A stretch of 14,057 nucleotides of DNA from contig JBIOIY010000067.1 in NCBI GenBank assembly GCA_044450345.1, forward strand, positions 1 to 14,057. Direction: 5' to 3'. Source of the DNA: Thermodesulfovibrionales bacterium. Lineage in GTDB: Bacteria; Nitrospirota; Thermodesulfovibrionia; Thermodesulfovibrionales; UBA6898. Under the pieces are notes generated by a model. The model did not search any database. It was not told the origin of the DNA and saw only the letters and a list, made by a program, of their open reading frames with translations. The translations under genes were made by a program, and so were the position numbers. Position 1 is the first letter of the stretch; each line of letters opens with the position of its first letter. Below are positions 13,897-14,057 of this stretch, piece after piece.

Positions 13897-13976
13897 GGCA
13901 TGTCGGCTTACCTTCCCTGTTGCTCCGGTGGTTTCTAAACTTCCACCCTGTCAAATAAAGTGACGTATGCCGAGAC
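13885..13976 (+). ncRNA. Conserved structured upstream element, copy 3
   Basis: GCAATAGGAAAGG-[GCATGTCGGCTTA]-CCTTCCCTGTTGC (13 bp, one mismatch, one G-U); GGTGG-[TTTCTAAACTT]-CCACC; GTGACGTATGCCGA. Confidence 0.65.
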
Positions 13977-13998
13977 CAAATCAAAAAAGAGGTGTCCC

Positions 13999-14057
13999 AT
14001 GACAAAAACAACATATCTTGAAAAAGCAGGTCAGCCCACGAAGACTTTCTGGAGCAC
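13999..14057 (+). CDS. Start of a hypothetical protein (runs off the right edge)
   Basis: GAGGT 5 nt before ATG; MTKTTYLEKAGQPTKTFLE..., directly after element copy 3. Confidence 0.55.
   Translation, partial: MTKTTYLEKAGQPTKTFWS

Larger units (their letters stand above)
4914..14057. mobile_element. Probable integrated plasmid or ICE-like element (continues past the right edge)
   Basis: Orphan parB, replication-relaxation-family gene, long AT-rich non-coding region with repeats, small hypothetical ORFs with conserved upstream elements, and a truncated ORF at the left junction. No integrase or att site is visible, so the left boundary is approximate. Confidence 0.55.

Noticed and set aside
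12378..13976. Repeated element as integron attC, CRISPR repeat, ECF promoter or c-di-GMP-I riboswitch
   Set aside because: The invariant AAC/GTT of attC is not kept in copies 2 and 3; spacing is irregular and gene-sized; the AAAC-to-CGTA distance is 15, 15 and 23 nt; the GNRA hairpin and GCAAAGC core of GEMM are absent.

Overview
The window has two parts joined near 4914-5170. Left part (1-4916): a chromosomal-type locus. On the minus strand are a TonB-dependent receptor, an unannotated 32-aa Cys-Cys peptide with its own terminator, a radical SAM/SPASM maturase (geopeptide-maturase-like) and an MFS transporter. Divergently transcribed are an ABC-type substrate-binding protein and a 24-codon stub that looks like a gene cut off at the junction. 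Right part (about 4914 to the end): apparently a plasmid or integrative element. It carries a tight minus-strand operon of ParB-like CTPase, replication-relaxation-family (wHTH + PD-(D/E)xK) protein and a full-length RNA polymerase beta-prime. This rpoC has no rpoB or ribosomal-protein neighbours. Its catalytic motifs are intact, but it is strongly remodelled in the zipper, clamp helices, switch 2 and bridge helix. Next comes about 1.5 kb of mostly non-coding control or origin-like DNA, then small plus-strand ORFs. Three of these ORFs are preceded by the same ~85-nt structured element (covarying stem with a GCATGYCRRCTTA loop, a TYCTAAACY hairpin, then GTGACGTA and a possible pseudoknot strand). 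The best candidate for an undescribed system is the element-encoded alternative beta-prime, possibly acting with this repeated RNA/ssDNA motif; that link is inference. E. coli residue numbers were aligned by eye from memory and need checking. No database searches were run.
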